IMG/VR virus record: IMGVR_UViG_3300035130_000101
Coordinates: 1 to 64,000 of that record
Source of the DNA: a virus
Direction: 5' to 3' (one strand)
DNA: 64,000 nt
Of this stretch, positions 9,661 through 17,080 are shown in pieces. The position numbers and the translations under genes were made by a program. Under the pieces are notes generated by a model. The model saw nothing but the letters and a program-made list of their open reading frames with translations, did not search any database and was not told the origin of the DNA. Position 1 is the first letter of the stretch, and every line of letters starts with the position of its first letter.

Positions 9661-10485
9661 TTAGGCGTAGCTTGGAATGTCCCAAGTGCTATTTTGTTCA
9701 AGGCTCTTCTCCTGAAAAGCCCAGGTAGAAGGCCGGAACAGGTTGTCACCCGTCATAATAATTTGTTTGCCGGTATATTCTTGCATAACAGACCTGATGT
9801 CATTCAGGTTTTTTATCCTGGTTTCAAGTTCTTCATTATCTGATTTCTCAATACCAAATGAGGCCGATTCATAAGCAAGACCGTTACATTCGATATAGCG
9901 GAACCGTTCAGCAATGAGAAGCCATTCAGCGTCAACGCCTGCGCCGTTTGCTGTTGATTCAGCTACAATTTTTTGAGCCACTGGTCTGGAAAGCCCACGA
10001 GAGCCTGATAGTATATCTACATTGTAGCCAAAAAGACGATTGCACTCCAACTCGGTAATTCTTTGCAATTCGGGGTGGGTATTAAATGCCTGTTCGGTTC
10101 GGCCAAAAACAACGAAATCGTATAGAGGAATGTGATTTACTACACTTCGCAATTCATCGGGATAATTGATTATCCAGTAAAGCACTCTGTCAAAATCGCA
10201 ATAATGAAAATGATCGGCTTGAGTTTGCAATCCGAAATTGATACTCATTCTTCGAGCCTGAGCCAAGCCACCCATAGCTTGGACTTTGGCAGCCTCACCT
10301 AGTAAGTCAATTACCTTACCGTCTGTAGTATCCGTCACGACAACAACTATGCTGTCATATATTCGCTGCAATTCAGGCAGATATAATGAGATAGCGTCGA
10401 TGAGCTTTCCATCAGAATCGTGAAGGGCTGATAAAAGAGTGGTCACAATAAAGCCCTTTTTACTACTTCTTTTGTCTGTCCTCAT
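9661..10485 (-). CDS. hypothetical protein
   Basis: 274-aa ORF within the sugar island; no motif recognised. Confidence 0.55.
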   Translation of the reverse strand: MRTDKRSSKKGFIVTTLLSALHDSDGKLIDAISLYLPELQRIYDSIVVVVTDTTDGKVIDLLGEAAKVQAMGGLAQARRMSINFGLQTQADHFHYCDFDRVLYWIINYPDELRSVVNHIPLYDFVVFGRTEQAFNTHPELQRITELECNRLFGYNVDILSGSRGLSRPVAQKIVAESTANGAGVDAEWLLIAERFRYIECNGLAYESASFGIEKSDNEELETRIKNLNDIRSVMQEYTGKQIIMTGDNLFRPSTWAFQEKSLEQNSTWDIPSYA

Positions 10486-10673
10486 TTATTACATCGATAT
10501 AGATAGTGATAGTTTATGTAGTTGAATTTAGTATTTTTGATTTCTTCTTTAGAGGGAACGTCTGAAACCCAATCGTCAATCTCTTGCCAATTGTGCCTAC
10601 ACTTTTTCACGAATAGAGATCTTATCTTGTTCATAGCGCCCCAATGTATCTGAGTAGCACAATTACGACCCAA
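10482..10673 (-). CDS. hypothetical small protein
   Basis: 63-aa ORF; overlaps 10631..10819, so one of the two may be spurious. Confidence 0.3.
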   Translation of the reverse strand: MGRNCATQIHWGAMNKIRSLFVKKCRHNWQEIDDWVSDVPSKEEIKNTKFNYINYHYLYRCNK

Positions 10674-10819
10674 ATAAAAAATGCTGTAAGTCCCAGGCCG
10701 ATTATCAGGGATATTACTCCACCGACAATTGAGGCTATTTTTATCCGCCTGAAATCTCTATCGAAATCATCTGACATTTTTTGAAACCGTTTATCAAAGT
10801 CACTCATAATCCAAACCAA
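10631..10819 (-). CDS. small transmembrane protein
   Basis: 62 aa with a C-terminal hydrophobic helix (IASIVGGVISLIIGLGLTAFFIWVVIVLL). Confidence 0.4.
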   Translation of the reverse strand: MVWIMSDFDKRFQKMSDDFDRDFRRIKIASIVGGVISLIIGLGLTAFFIWVVIVLLRYIGAL

Positions 10820-11531
10820 ACCTTTCCTTCAATTCCTGTCTGTCTGTCATCTTCAGTCCCGGTATCCCGCTCCGGTCGTGATAGTTCCATTGCCCCCGTT
10901 GGATGACGTTGACGTGCCGCAGCGGAGCCTGCCGGGTGCCGAGTACCAACCAATCGGGGTGGTTGTTTACCCTGCCAGCCATCTCTATCTGTTGGGCCGT
11001 TTCACCGGGGACAAGCACCTCTCTCAGTAAGTCTCGCCGCCACATTCCACCCCAGAGTGACATATGGTACTGGCTATTCGGGTCGCTCTTAATCAGGTCG
11101 AGATAGCCCAGAGTATCATAGGTATTGTAGCCCCAATAGAACTGATTGTAGCCTTCTGGTGGCGTGCCTGAGTAAAGCCGCTCATCAGCCAGGTCGAACT
11201 TGAGAACGTTGGTATACTGGTGCATATAGTCGTAGATCATCTGGACGGCTTTGGTGTCAACGGGACGGGAAAGAAAATAATCATCGAGCATAAGGATAAA
11301 GACTTCATCGGCTACGGTGTCCAGTACCTTTATGAGTGCATCGCTCCATTTGTTGGCCGGGTAATTTTTGAATTTGCCGATAGAGTAGAAATTGGAATCA
11401 CACTCAATTCTGGTATAGCCGCAAGTCAGGCGAGTATGCTCAAGTCCGTTAAAATATTTGGTCCACTGATACCAAAAGGGGGGAATAGTCCACTGCTGAT
11501 TGTCGCTGGTCATTACAATTACTTGTATCAT
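10800..11531 (-). CDS. hypothetical protein (possibly glycosyltransferase-like)
   Basis: 243 aa. MIQVIVMTSDN...FILMLDDYF is weakly GT-A-like. The guess rests on context only. Confidence 0.5.
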   Translation of the reverse strand: MIQVIVMTSDNQQWTIPPFWYQWTKYFNGLEHTRLTCGYTRIECDSNFYSIGKFKNYPANKWSDALIKVLDTVADEVFILMLDDYFLSRPVDTKAVQMIYDYMHQYTNVLKFDLADERLYSGTPPEGYNQFYWGYNTYDTLGYLDLIKSDPNSQYHMSLWGGMWRRDLLREVLVPGETAQQIEMAGRVNNHPDWLVLGTRQAPLRHVNVIQRGQWNYHDRSGIPGLKMTDRQELKERFGLDYE

Positions 11532-11594
11532 CGGTTCCTCTACAAAAAATATCCGGGTCTCTGTATGCCGGATGGGATTAAATGTTGTTATCGG

Positions 11595-12494
11595 TTACGT
11601 TCCTTTGTTTCCTCTATACCATTCTATCGTTTGCCTTAACCCATCTATCAGCGACGTTTCCGGCTGCCACCCTAACAGTGACTTAGCTCGGCTATTATCA
11701 TATAGCCGTCTTTTCTCACCAGTAGGCTTTGTCTTATCCCAGGCGACGGTGCCATCGAAACCGGTCAACTCAACCAATAAATCAACCAACTCAGCAATCG
11801 ACACCTCTTGATTAGACGAGATATTGACCGGCTGACCCACGTCGGTATCAATGAATTTGGACAGGGCCTTTGCCACGTCACCAGCATACAGAAAATCTCT
11901 AGTAGCCTTGCCGTCGCCCCAAATGGTAACAACCTCTTTGGCCTCGATAAACTTACGTACCAAGGCAGCTATGACGTGGCCGCTTTCTCCAAAGTTGTCT
12001 CTTGGACCATACATATTAACCGGAATAGGATACTCAAAAGCCATCCCGTACTGCTCGCGGCAGGCTTCCAGTTGCGCCAGGGCCACCCGCTTACTAATGC
12101 CATATGAACCATTAGACTTTTCAGGATAGCCACTCCACAGGTTGCCCTCTTTCATCGGCAATAGCGGAAAGTCAGGATAAGCGCAAACCGAGGAGACAAA
12201 CACGAACTTCCCGACGCCAATCTCAGCACACTTCTGGATAAGCTGAGTATTCATCATCACATTGTCATAATAGATGCTGGCCGGGTTTGCCATATTGTAG
12301 GAAATGCCGCCGACGTTGGCCGCTAGGTGGTAGACGATATCGGGCTTGACAAAATGATCGAAAAGGGCATCAATATGATCATGTTGCCGCAGGTCATAGG
12401 CGCGGGATAGAACGGGGTAAACGTCGTGGTCACTTAAGAGGGGGTAGAGATGGCTGCCAAGAAAGCCAGCGGAGCCGGTCAGGAGTATCTTCAT
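11595..12494 (-). CDS. NAD-dependent sugar epimerase/reductase (SDR, GDP-fucose-synthase-like)
   Basis: Rossmann motif LLTGSAGFLGSHL and catalytic YGISK (YxxxK). Start taken at ATG 12494, with a GAGGA RBS and an ATGA overlap with the upstream stop. Confidence 0.8.
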   Translation of the reverse strand: MKILLTGSAGFLGSHLYPLLSDHDVYPVLSRAYDLRQHDHIDALFDHFVKPDIVYHLAANVGGISYNMANPASIYYDNVMMNTQLIQKCAEIGVGKFVFVSSVCAYPDFPLLPMKEGNLWSGYPEKSNGSYGISKRVALAQLEACREQYGMAFEYPIPVNMYGPRDNFGESGHVIAALVRKFIEAKEVVTIWGDGKATRDFLYAGDVAKALSKFIDTDVGQPVNISSNQEVSIAELVDLLVELTGFDGTVAWDKTKPTGEKRRLYDNSRAKSLLGWQPETSLIDGLRQTIEWYRGNKGT

Positions 12495-12673
12495 TGCCGT
12501 TTCCTCATTGCCAGCCATACCTCATCGGCCGTCGGCTTGCGCACTTTTTCCGCCGCCAAGTAGGTTTGCAGAATCCAGACGATATGCGCCGTCTTGCTAC
12601 GCTGTGCTTTTTGGGCGCTGGCGGTTAGTTGGGTATTGAGTTTATCGGGTAAGCGTAGGGTGAAGCGGGTCAT
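12491..12673 (-). CDS. ribbon-helix-helix (CopG/Arc-like) protein
   Basis: MTRFTLRLPDKLNTQLTASAQKAQRSKTAHIVWILQTYL shows the beta-alpha-alpha pattern. Confidence 0.65.
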   Translation of the reverse strand: MTRFTLRLPDKLNTQLTASAQKAQRSKTAHIVWILQTYLAAEKVRKPTADEVWLAMRKRQ

Positions 12674-12679
12674 TTTTTC

Positions 12680-12693
12680 TCAATTTCGGTTGA
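12680..12693. repeat. junction palindrome, variant
   Basis: TCAATTTCGGTTGA; 6 nt after stop 12700 and 6 nt before ATG 12673. Confidence 0.5.
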
Positions 12694-12699
12694 TATTTT

Positions 12700-12999
12700 C
12701 TAGCCGTAGCCGTAGCCGTCGCCGGAGCCGTAGCCGTAGCCGTCGCCGGAGCCGTAGCCGTCGCCGGAGCCGTAGCCGTCGCCGTAGCCGTCGCCGTCGC
12801 CGGAGCCGTAGCCGTCGCCGTAGCCGTCGCCGTAGCCGTAGCCGTAGCCGTCGCCGGAGCCGGAGCCGTAGCCGTCGCCGGAGCCGGAGCCGTAGCCGTC
12901 GCCGGAGCCGGAGCCGTCGCCGGAGCCGTAGCCGTCGCCGTAGCCGTCGCCGGAGCCGGAGCCGTAGCCGTCGCCGTAGCTAATCAATGCGCTGTCCAC
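12700..12999 (-). CDS. Gly-Tyr-Ser-Asp repeat protein (low complexity)
   Basis: 99 aa made almost entirely of GDGYGS-type repeats. Its start overlaps the stop of 12984..13274. The mirror plus-strand frame encodes RS repeats. Confidence 0.55.
   Translation of the reverse strand: MDSALISYGDGYGSGSGDGYGDGYGSGDGSGSGDGYGSGSGDGYGSGSGDGYGYGYGDGYGDGYGSGDGDGYGDGYGSGDGYGSGDGYGYGSGDGYGYG
12703..12975. repeat. imperfect tandem repeats (GCCGTAGCCGTCGCCGGA-type, 6/18-bp units)
   Basis: Visible run of GCCGTA/GCCGTC/GCCGGA hexamers encoding GYGDGS repeats on the minus strand. Confidence 0.85.
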
Positions 13000-13274
13000 T
13001 CTGGAACCTCCTCAATCGACTGCCGGGCTTTCGGCGTACAATCCAAAATCTCAATGGCTTCGGTCAAAGTGACCAAAGTGACAGCGACGGGGAATTTGCA
13101 ATCATTGGGCTTGCTTACTCCCCGAACGGCCAACTCAGATAATGAGGCTGCCCCTGACCAGTACCACAAGCGTCGGGCATTGGTCAAAACGACTTCCTTA
13201 CCATTCCGGCTTTCCAATTCGCCTGCAAAAACACCGGCGCTGTACGTTCTGACAATTACATACTTCTTGTCCAT
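12984..13274 (-). CDS. conserved phage protein of unknown function
   Basis: 96 aa with YSAGVFAGEL...NARRLWYWSGAASLSELA. AGGGAG RBS; preceded by a promoter and the palindrome motif. Confidence 0.6.
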   Translation of the reverse strand: MDKKYVIVRTYSAGVFAGELESRNGKEVVLTNARRLWYWSGAASLSELAVRGVSKPNDCKFPVAVTLVTLTEAIEILDCTPKARQSIEEVPEWTAH

Positions 13275-13306
13275 TGTTCACTCCCTTTCTATCTGTCTGA
13301 TTATTT

Positions 13307-13320
13307 CAATTGCGGTTAAT
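13307..13320. repeat. junction palindrome, variant
   Basis: TCAATTGCGGTTAA; lies between promoter 13347-13376 and ATG 13274, so it is transcribed. Confidence 0.55.
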
Positions 13321-13346
13321 ATTTCTATAGGAAACAAGCCTATCTC

Positions 13347-13376
13347 ATTATACACCACCTTGACACCATTTGTCAA
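13347..13376 (-). promoter_or_regulatory. sigma70-type promoter
   Basis: On the minus strand: TTATTGACA, 18-nt spacer, TATAAT. Confidence 0.55.
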
Positions 13377-13380
13377 TAAG

Positions 13381-13414
13381 AAAAGCCGCCGGCCCCGATA
13401 CACCGACGGCTTTT
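13381..13414 (-). terminator. rho-independent terminator after the recombinase-like gene
   Basis: AAAA GCCGCCGG ..loop.. CCGACGGC TTTT. The stem is perfect, with one G-U pair, in the minus-strand RNA. Confidence 0.55.
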
Positions 13415-13487
13415 CCTTCGATCTTTGCAGCGCCCGGCGCGCCTGAACGTGGACGTTGCTAATAGGAAGTGAACCGATTCCATTGTA

Positions 13488-14144
13488 TCACAGGTGGTTA
13501 CGTGTGTCAACACATCTCATATACCTGGCAATTGTGCCGGACTTGAGACCGGTTAGCTCGCGCACTACTGCCGGTCCGTCATCCTCTAATCGGTGAACAA
13601 TGCCAGACTGATAGATCGTCATCGCTGTTACCGGCTTAGTGATTTCCTGTTCCCTAGCCACCCTTTTGATATGGTTAGTCAGCGTAGACACGGACGTATG
13701 TCCACCTCTGGACACTGACTTTTTAACAATATCTCCCGGTCTGGTCAAGTTATGATAAGCCTCTCTGGCTAAAATCTGATAAAGTAATGGTAAGCCAGTT
13801 ATAACCGCCTTTACCTGCCCCCGGCTTATAGTCTCTACCAGTTTTGTTTTGTGCAGAGTTGATACCATCCGAACTTCGACGGGCTTTCCAATGTCATCAA
13901 AAAACATACTAATCGCCCGCTTCGCTTGGTTGGTAGTAGATCGGGAGTATTCGCCGGGCCGGACCATCCAGGCCAAATACTCGTCAATATGCCATTGCTC
14001 AAGCTCGGATAATTTGATCGGAGCGTGAAATTTGGCAAGCTCGATTATCCAGCGGGAATAGAGCCGGACGGTATTTTTGGACAGGCCCGCAAAGGCGCTG
14101 TCTAATTTTTGTTGTAACTCATTTGATGGTTTCATATTTGACAT
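13488..14144 (-). CDS. short tyrosine-recombinase-like protein (SAM-like N-domain; catalytic signature incomplete)
   Basis: 218 aa. The N-terminus (TVRLYSRWIIELAKFH...IDEYLAWM...YSRSTTNQAKRAISMFFD) looks like an integrase core-binding domain. LTRPGDI (box I Arg) and ARY (Tyr) can be placed, but HxxR and the Lys hairpin cannot be found by eye. Confidence 0.6.
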   Translation of the reverse strand: MSNMKPSNELQQKLDSAFAGLSKNTVRLYSRWIIELAKFHAPIKLSELEQWHIDEYLAWMVRPGEYSRSTTNQAKRAISMFFDDIGKPVEVRMVSTLHKTKLVETISRGQVKAVITGLPLLYQILAREAYHNLTRPGDIVKKSVSRGGHTSVSTLTNHIKRVAREQEITKPVTAMTIYQSGIVHRLEDDGPAVVRELTGLKSGTIARYMRCVDTRNHL

Positions 14145-14165
14145 TATAGCACGTTTTGGTATAAT
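14138..14165 (+). promoter_or_regulatory. sigma70-type promoter directed into the cassette array (Pc-like)
   Basis: TTGACA (14138-14143), 16-nt spacer, TGG-TATAAT (14160-14165). The -35 overlaps the recombinase-like start codon. Confidence 0.65.
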
Positions 14166-14193
14166 ATCAAGTAAGATATAGTGTTATGATATT

Positions 14194-14202
14194 GTTAGAT
14201 TG
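14194..14202 (+). repeat. attI-like core box GTTAGATTG
   Basis: Matches GTTRRRY and lies 2 nt before ATG 14205. Its complement (8/9) opens the first repeat at 14404. Confidence 0.5.
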
Positions 14203-14204
14203 CT

Positions 14205-14411
14205 ATGGTTTATCTTGGTTACGTTTACGATGAAATGTCATACTGCCCGGAGTTGGTTGGTGTGTTTGCCACCAAACCTGCCGCTTACCGTGCAGTTAGA
14301 AAACGGATCAAAGAGATGATTATAGAGCATTGGGAGTGTTGGGCGGGAGGACGATACCGCCACGATTACCATTTTACGTGGCGTATTAAACCCGTTGAAC
14401 CAGCAACCTAA
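14205..14411 (+). CDS. cassette ORF 1 (68 aa, unknown)
   Basis: ORF track. The stop TAA lies inside box CAACCTAAC. Confidence 0.6.
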   Translation: MVYLGYVYDEMSYCPELVGVFATKPAAYRAVRKRIKEMIIEHWECWAGGRYRHDYHFTWRIKPVEPAT

Positions 14412-14491
14412 CAACGGCTTACAGCGGACGGATTGACCTGGCCGTTTACATCGACCGCCCTGGCCGCCGCTGAAGCCGGGGCGTTATACGG
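14404..14491 (+). repeat. attC-like site 1 (88 bp)
   Basis: R'' CAACCTAAC, R' GTTATACGG. Arms 14415-14431 and 14464-14478 pair 15/15, with bulged A14421 and A14428. Confidence 0.7.
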
Positions 14492-14521
14492 CACGTTGCC
14501 AACAGAGTCCGGAGTAATTGT

Positions 14522-14896
14522 ATGTGGTACAAAAAATACCCTAAATTAAATTCAGCACTATTCACGTATGAGAATAGTGGCAAGCGGAGCAACGACCCGC
14601 CCCCGTATTCGTTAGTTGAGCGTGGTGGCGAACTGATAGACATTGAAGATAAATATTCGGTGTCGGGCTACAAAATTTTAGGCTACACGGAAAGCCCGCC
14701 GTTCCCGGCAGAAGGGTATCCAGCCGTAGCTGTCCTTTTTGAAAATCAATCGTTTGAAAAAATTTGGTGGCACTATCCCTGTAATGAGCCGTATAACAAT
14801 CAAAATGCAGGGGACGCCCCAAGCTCGATTTTACAGCCGCCTAATCTTGTGGCTCCAAGTCGGAGTAGGCGGCGAACTAATAAAACGCGCCCCTGA
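14522..14896 (+). CDS. cassette ORF 2 (124 aa, unknown)
   Basis: GGAG RBS. The last ~36 codons run into attC-like site 2. Confidence 0.55.
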   Translation: MWYKKYPKLNSALFTYENSGKRSNDPPPYSLVERGGELIDIEDKYSVSGYKILGYTESPPFPAEGYPAVAVLFENQSFEKIWWHYPCNEPYNNQNAGDAPSSILQPPNLVAPSRSRRRTNKTRP

Positions 14897-14914
14897 TTTT
14901 GGGGCGTTAGGCGG
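14789..14914 (+). repeat. attC-like site 2 (126 bp)
   Basis: R'' CCGTATAAC is the exact complement of 14483-14491; R' GTTAGGCGG. Arms 14801-14817 and 14887-14901 pair 15/15, with bulged G14807 and A14814. Confidence 0.7.
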
Positions 14915-14941
14915 ATTGCCGCTAGAAAAGGAGTTGATCTT

Positions 14942-15229
14942 ATGAATGATGTAGATAGGCGACTGATGCAAGACAAACAAGACCAGCTTTTGGCCGTGGC
15001 GAAAAAAGCGATGGTTCAACAGAAAGAAATCAACGAATTGCATCAGGCATTAACGCGAATCGCATCGTACGATACCCCCGACGAGATACGCCAAGACGCG
15101 GCTGATGAATATGGCCTAGATTACGAAGAAGCCTTGGAAATGGCCTATGAAAACATTATCCAGGAGGCCAAATCAATGCTTGGCAAATATCCCCCTAACA
15201 AGCCGGTGGAGCCGACCGGACAATCTTAA
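14942..15229 (+). CDS. cassette ORF 3 (95 aa, acidic, unknown)
   Basis: AAGGAG RBS. The C-terminal ..YPPNKPVEPTGQS is encoded by the left arm of attC-like site 3. Confidence 0.6.
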   Translation: MNDVDRRLMQDKQDQLLAVAKKAMVQQKEINELHQALTRIASYDTPDEIRQDAADEYGLDYEEALEMAYENIIQEAKSMLGKYPPNKPVEPTGQS

Positions 15230-15278
15230 TTTTCAAGACCAGGCCCAGGCCGGCGGCTCACCGGCGGGCGTTAGGCGG
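15191..15278 (+). repeat. attC-like site 3 (88 bp)
   Basis: R'' CCCCCTAAC, R' GTTAGGCGG. Arms 15202-15219 and 15250-15265 pair 16/16, with bulged G15208/9 and A15215. Confidence 0.7.
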
Positions 15279-15303
15279 CTTCGCTGCGAAAGGAACAATC
15301 GAA

Positions 15304-15723
15304 ATGGGTACGTATTGGGATGGGAATGGAAAGTATCAAGAATGGTCAGACAAACTCGAAGATCAAGTCCCTATGTCTGGCCGGGCTGAAAAATTGCACA
15401 TTGATCTAGTGCGTAATATCAGCAATTGTTATTATGACCACTTCAACAATGGTAACTGCAATTGGGGGAACAAAAGCGAACAATTTGCACACATCGAATA
15501 CCACGCCGATGCACTTCACGAAGCAGCACTGGCCGAAGGCATTGAAAATATCCGTAGTTTACTGTCGTCTATTCGTTCCCCGTTGGACGCTGATTTTGCA
15601 AAAAATTTGTTTTACTGCGGCGAAGATGCAGAGGACTTGGAAGAAAATTGGGAAAAGCTGGCAGATATTATTATCGGTTGGGCGTGGAAGGTTGAGCAGT
15701 CTTTACCAGTACCAGCCGCCTAA
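15304..15723 (+). CDS. cassette ORF 4 (139 aa, unknown)
   Basis: AAAGGA RBS. The stop TAA lies inside box CCGCCTAAC. Confidence 0.6.
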   Translation: MGTYWDGNGKYQEWSDKLEDQVPMSGRAEKLHIDLVRNISNCYYDHFNNGNCNWGNKSEQFAHIEYHADALHEAALAEGIENIRSLLSSIRSPLDADFAKNLFYCGEDAEDLEENWEKLADIIIGWAWKVEQSLPVPAA

Positions 15724-15844
15724 CAAAAAATTGTACCCGAATTGCTACTGTTCGTTTCAACAACGGCCACACGCTGGCAATCTCGGTTTAAATTGCGGCT
15801 CTTAACGCCAAGCCGCAATCGGGTAAATTTAGGGCGTTAGCTGG
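15716..15844 (+). repeat. attC-like site 4 (129 bp)
   Basis: R'' CCGCCTAAC, R' GTTAGCTGG. Arms 15728-15745 and 15815-15830 pair 16/16, with bulged G15733 and A15740/1. An inner hairpin lies at 15792-15819. Confidence 0.7.
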
Positions 15845-15870
15845 CTCATTGCCAGTGGAGGCGAGTGGAA

Positions 15871-16059
15871 ATGCTAGAATGTCCTGATTGCAAAATTCCG
15901 TTTGAGGTGGTAAGAATACATCGCCGCCACCAGACTGCTTTTAAAAATATGAATGCCGCTGTGAAATGGTGTCCGTTTTGTGGTCGCCAGCTAACAAAGC
16001 AATTCAAGCGGACTGAGCAACCGTCACAGTCCGATCAATCATTAGAGTCTGCCGCTTAA
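15871..16059 (+). CDS. cassette ORF 5 (zinc-ribbon-like, 62 aa)
   Basis: CPDCK...CPFCG. ATG 15871 with a GGAGG RBS; the track starts at GTG 15865. Confidence 0.55.
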   Translation: MLECPDCKIPFEVVRIHRRHQTAFKNMNAAVKWCPFCGRQLTKQFKRTEQPSQSDQSLESAA

Positions 16060-16075
16060 TTGCGGCGTTAGGCGG
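15987..16075 (+). repeat. attC-like site 5 (89 bp)
   Basis: R'' CCAGCTAAC is the exact complement of 15836-15844; R' GTTAGGCGG. Arms 15999-16013 and 16051-16063 pair 13/13, with bulged C16005 and A16012. Confidence 0.7.
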
Positions 16076-16080
16076 ATAAA

Positions 16081-16293
16081 ATGATAGAAAACTACATTTG
16101 TATCGAACAACGGAAACGGATTGGTAGTATCGTTTACGACGATGTCATACTCGAACTAGAACGATTTGCAGATAGGATAGAAATAGAGATGTCGAACAGT
16201 GACGATCACAATGTACATATTAGGATAAATATTGAGCAGGCAAAAAAGTTAGCTGAGTTCATAGGCGGTTTTGTTGGTATGGTATCCGCTTGA
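16081..16293 (+). CDS. cassette ORF 6 (70 aa, unknown)
   Basis: The ATG is 5 nt after box GTTAGGCGG, which can serve as the SD. Confidence 0.55.
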   Translation: MIENYICIEQRKRIGSIVYDDVILELERFADRIEIEMSNSDDHNVHIRINIEQAKKLAEFIGGFVGMVSA

Positions 16294-16359
16294 CTTTACG
16301 CCGCAGGGTCGTTCACCCGCCACGGCCCTGGCAGCGGCACAACGGCGGGTGTTAGGCGG
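16286..16359 (+). repeat. attC-like site 6 (74 bp, degenerate)
   Basis: R'' CCGCTTGAC (7/9), R' GTTAGGCGG. GC-rich imperfect hairpins lie between them, with no clean two-bulge pattern. Confidence 0.4.
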
Positions 16360-16364
16360 ACAAA

Positions 16365-16580
16365 GTGGCAAAAATATATGGTGTGACAAAAATACATTTT
16401 CTGGCAGAGCCATTAGTGATAATTGGCGAGAAAAAGATGACGTTGGAAATGGCAGAACGTTGGCTTGCCAGAGAACACGGTGAAAATGCAGAAGTAGACG
16501 CAATCAATTGCACATCAATATATGATGACCGTGATTATTATATTTTGGGGATTGTAGAAAATAGCAACCAATCCGCCTAA
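16365..16580 (+). CDS. cassette ORF 7 (71 aa, unknown)
   Basis: GTG start 5 nt after GTTAGGCGG. The stop TAA lies inside CCGCCTAAC. Confidence 0.5.
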   Translation: MAKIYGVTKIHFLAEPLVIIGEKKMTLEMAERWLAREHGENAEVDAINCTSIYDDRDYYILGIVENSNQSA

Positions 16581-16701
16581 CAAATCGTTCGTAGCGAATT
16601 GCTAACCTTGTTTTTTATTGTGGTCGGTTGGGGCCACTACCGCACATTAACCCGCAGGCATTGTGCCAACCCGCAATCGCCACAACTCAAGCGTTAGGTG
16701 C
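16573..16701 (+). repeat. attC-like site 7 (129 bp, paralog of site 4)
   Basis: R'' CCGCCTAAC, R' GTTAGGTGC. Arms 16587-16602 and 16673-16686 pair 13/14, with bulged C16590 and A16597. Confidence 0.65.
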
Positions 16702-16705
16702 TTGT

Positions 16706-16993
16706 ATGAAAAATCCACGGTGGTTAATGGTAACAAGAAAAATCACAGATGGTTTAGTGCTGGTTTGGTCGCCGGAATGCAATGAGCAATTATGGGCGTT
16801 AGGTAACAGGCCAGGATATAAACATCACAATTGCGCTATCTGTAATAGAGAAATTCCAAAAAATACAGAAAAAATGTACAGACCTGTGGGAAATCCACGC
16901 AATAGAATGTGCAGAATTTGCCAAGACTGCGCTTTGATGAACCACCCACCTAACAAACATTTGCAGCCCGACCCCGACAGCCGCCGCAAATGA
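16706..16993 (+). CDS. cassette ORF 8 (Cys-rich zinc-finger-like, 95 aa)
   Basis: ATG 4 nt after GTTAGGTGC. HHNCAICN...CRICQDC. The C-terminal ..HPPNKHLQPDPDSRRK is encoded by the attC-like arm. Confidence 0.55.
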   Translation: MKNPRWLMVTRKITDGLVLVWSPECNEQLWALGNRPGYKHHNCAICNREIPKNTEKMYRPVGNPRNRMCRICQDCALMNHPPNKHLQPDPDSRRK

Positions 16994-17068
16994 GACGGCT
17001 GCGGGCGTGGGCACATCGGTATCAAGCGAGCCGCCGCAGGCGGGCGGCTGAAATGTGGCGTTATATGG
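16946..17068 (+). repeat. attC-like site 8 (123 bp)
   Basis: R'' CCACCTAAC, R' GTTATATGG. Arms 16957-16968 and 17046-17056 pair 11/11, with bulged G16963; pairing is irregular beyond that. Confidence 0.6.
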
Positions 17069-17080
17069 CTAGGAGGAAAA

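Noticed and set aside
12594-12983. Plus-strand 129-aa ORF encoding Arg-Ser repeats
   Set aside because: It is the mirror frame of the minus-strand Gly-Tyr repeat ORF. It has no RBS, opposes the local operon direction, and starts inside the RHH gene. I treat it as a shadow ORF, although which strand is translated is unproven.
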